Of a stretch of DNA of 64,000 nucleotides, positions 62,620 to 64,000 are shown piece by piece (within the stretch, counting starts at the first letter, position 1; each line of letters opens with the position of its first letter). The notes beneath the pieces are model-generated. The model was not told the origin of the DNA and did no database searches. It saw only the letters and a list, made by a program, of their open reading frames with translations. The stretch lies in NCBI RefSeq assembly GCF_009914755.1, contig NC_060935.1; one strand, 5' to 3'. Position numbers and translations under genes: made by a program. Origin of the DNA: the human T2T-CHM13v2.0 reference genome, Homo sapiens.

Positions 62620-63200
62620 ACGGTGACTATCCAGCTCATGACAGGTCTCCCAGTGGCTATCTATGGCTGTGCTACTCGCCTCCTTTCCTGGGGAGGCTTT
62701 CTTTTCACGTTCATCCTTCCCCAAATCCACACACTGAGACACACGCACCTGCAGAAACCAACATGTCATATGTGTAAGAAGTCTTACATGACCCAGTTTC
62801 CCAGGATATAGTGATTGGTCTGAGCCCTACAAGGGGATAGTGGGCATGTGACCCTGGCCACACAAATCAAAGTACTTCCTCAAGTATTTTCAACATGCCA
62901 GAGAACACTTTTCTTCAAAAGGTGACAAAACCTGGAAGCTGCTAAAGGCTACATTCTCTGCCACACAGAGTTAGCCTACCGTAGTTAAAAATGAAGTGGA
63001 GAACATATGATATAAATGAAAGAGTAACTAGTCTATGAGGACTGAAGAGGTTTGCTGCTTCTTGCATTCCTGAGGGAATACTGTTCACCTATTCCCTCCT
63101 TTCTGTGATACCTTAACATCCTCCCAATATGTCCGCTCTCTTTTTGGCTTCAGCTAGTTTGAGCTGAATGTGTAATTTGCAATCAAGACAGTCCTGACTA
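62620..63200 (+). mobile_element. Old ERVL/MaLR solo LTR (LTR16/MLT-like)
   Basis: gtgattggtc...gggcatgtgaccc...; 3' end agctagtttgagctg...ttgcaatcaagacagtcctgacta. Confidence 0.55.
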
Positions 63201-63434
63201 GGAGCCTCACTTGATATTTTTTCCTGAAGTGGACAGCCAATTGTTCTTATACCATTTCCTGAAAAAAATCCATCTTTCTCTACTGATCTGAAATATTATC
63301 TCTATTATATTAAATTCCAATTCATATGAATGTTTTATTTTTAAGTTGTTTTGCTCTGCTAATCTGTTTGTTCCTTGCCAGCATCATACCGTTCACTGAC
63401 TAAACCTTCTAGTATGTTTTGACTCTGTTGGTTA

Positions 63435-64000
63435 CTTCATTCACTTAATGTACATATTCAGTACACTACATTGTGTTAGCCAGAGAATATTCCCTTGAAT
63501 AGGCAGGTGGAGTCCTGACTCTCATTGAGTTTAAAACCTAGAAGCAAAGAGAGACAAATCATTATGATAAAATATAATGAGTGTTAGGATAAAGGGAATA
63601 AGGTACACTAGGGTAAACAACCAACAGGTGGACCTAACCTAATCTATAGGTCAGAGAAGGCCTCTAGGAAGAAGTAGTTTTACACTGAGACTTGAAGGAT
63701 GTGTATGAGCTCACCAAGGTGGGGAGGAGAACAGTGTCTCAGAAGGGAGACCAGTAAGTTCAAAGATGCAGAAAGACTAGGGTCCATTTAGTTGTGAGAA
63801 AAGTTAGAGTTTGAAGAAAGAGAGAGAGAAAAGAGAGGTTGGAGAAAGTAGGTATGTATCACACAAATTTGCGAGCCACGTTAAGATTTTGGACTTGGTC
63901 CTAAGAGCAAAGAGAAGACACAGAGAGGTTTTAAGCAACCATTTAAATTTGCATTTTTGAAGATTCACTCTAGCTACAGTAAAGAGAAGGGAAGAAGGCT
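63435..64000 (-). mobile_element. L2
   Basis: ggtcagagaaggcctct...ctgagacttgaaggatg...aagattttggactt..cctaagagcaa...ggttttaagca...agattcactctagct. Confidence 0.7.

Overview
Human (primate) genomic DNA, almost entirely intronic. The only protein-coding sequence I can support is one 207-bp minus-strand exon at 7729-7935. It is absent from the ORF track because it has no start codon. It translates to [69 protein letters not shown], which I recognise as about residues 52-120 of PHF21A/BHC80 (LSD1-CoREST complex subunit, 11p11.2). Positions 1-7728 are the downstream intron and 7936-64000 are part of a very long upstream intron. The window holds about 36 Alu dimers plus FAM and FRAM monomers, many with clear target-site duplications and several nested. 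It also holds L1, L2, MIR, Tigger/MER and LTR remnants and microsatellites. Nearly all ORF-track entries are Alu/L1-derived or antisense shadows. Leading hunt results, all unverified: two candidate stop-containing (poison) microexons in the long intron (16 nt at 39828-39843 and 7 nt at 11253-11259); a 22-bp hairpin present twice, 2.3 kb apart; a templated-insertion scar that captured an L1 snippet; a convergent CTCF motif pair; and two very young AluYa-lineage copies. Repeat family names come from my recollection of consensus sequences, and repeat boundaries are approximate.
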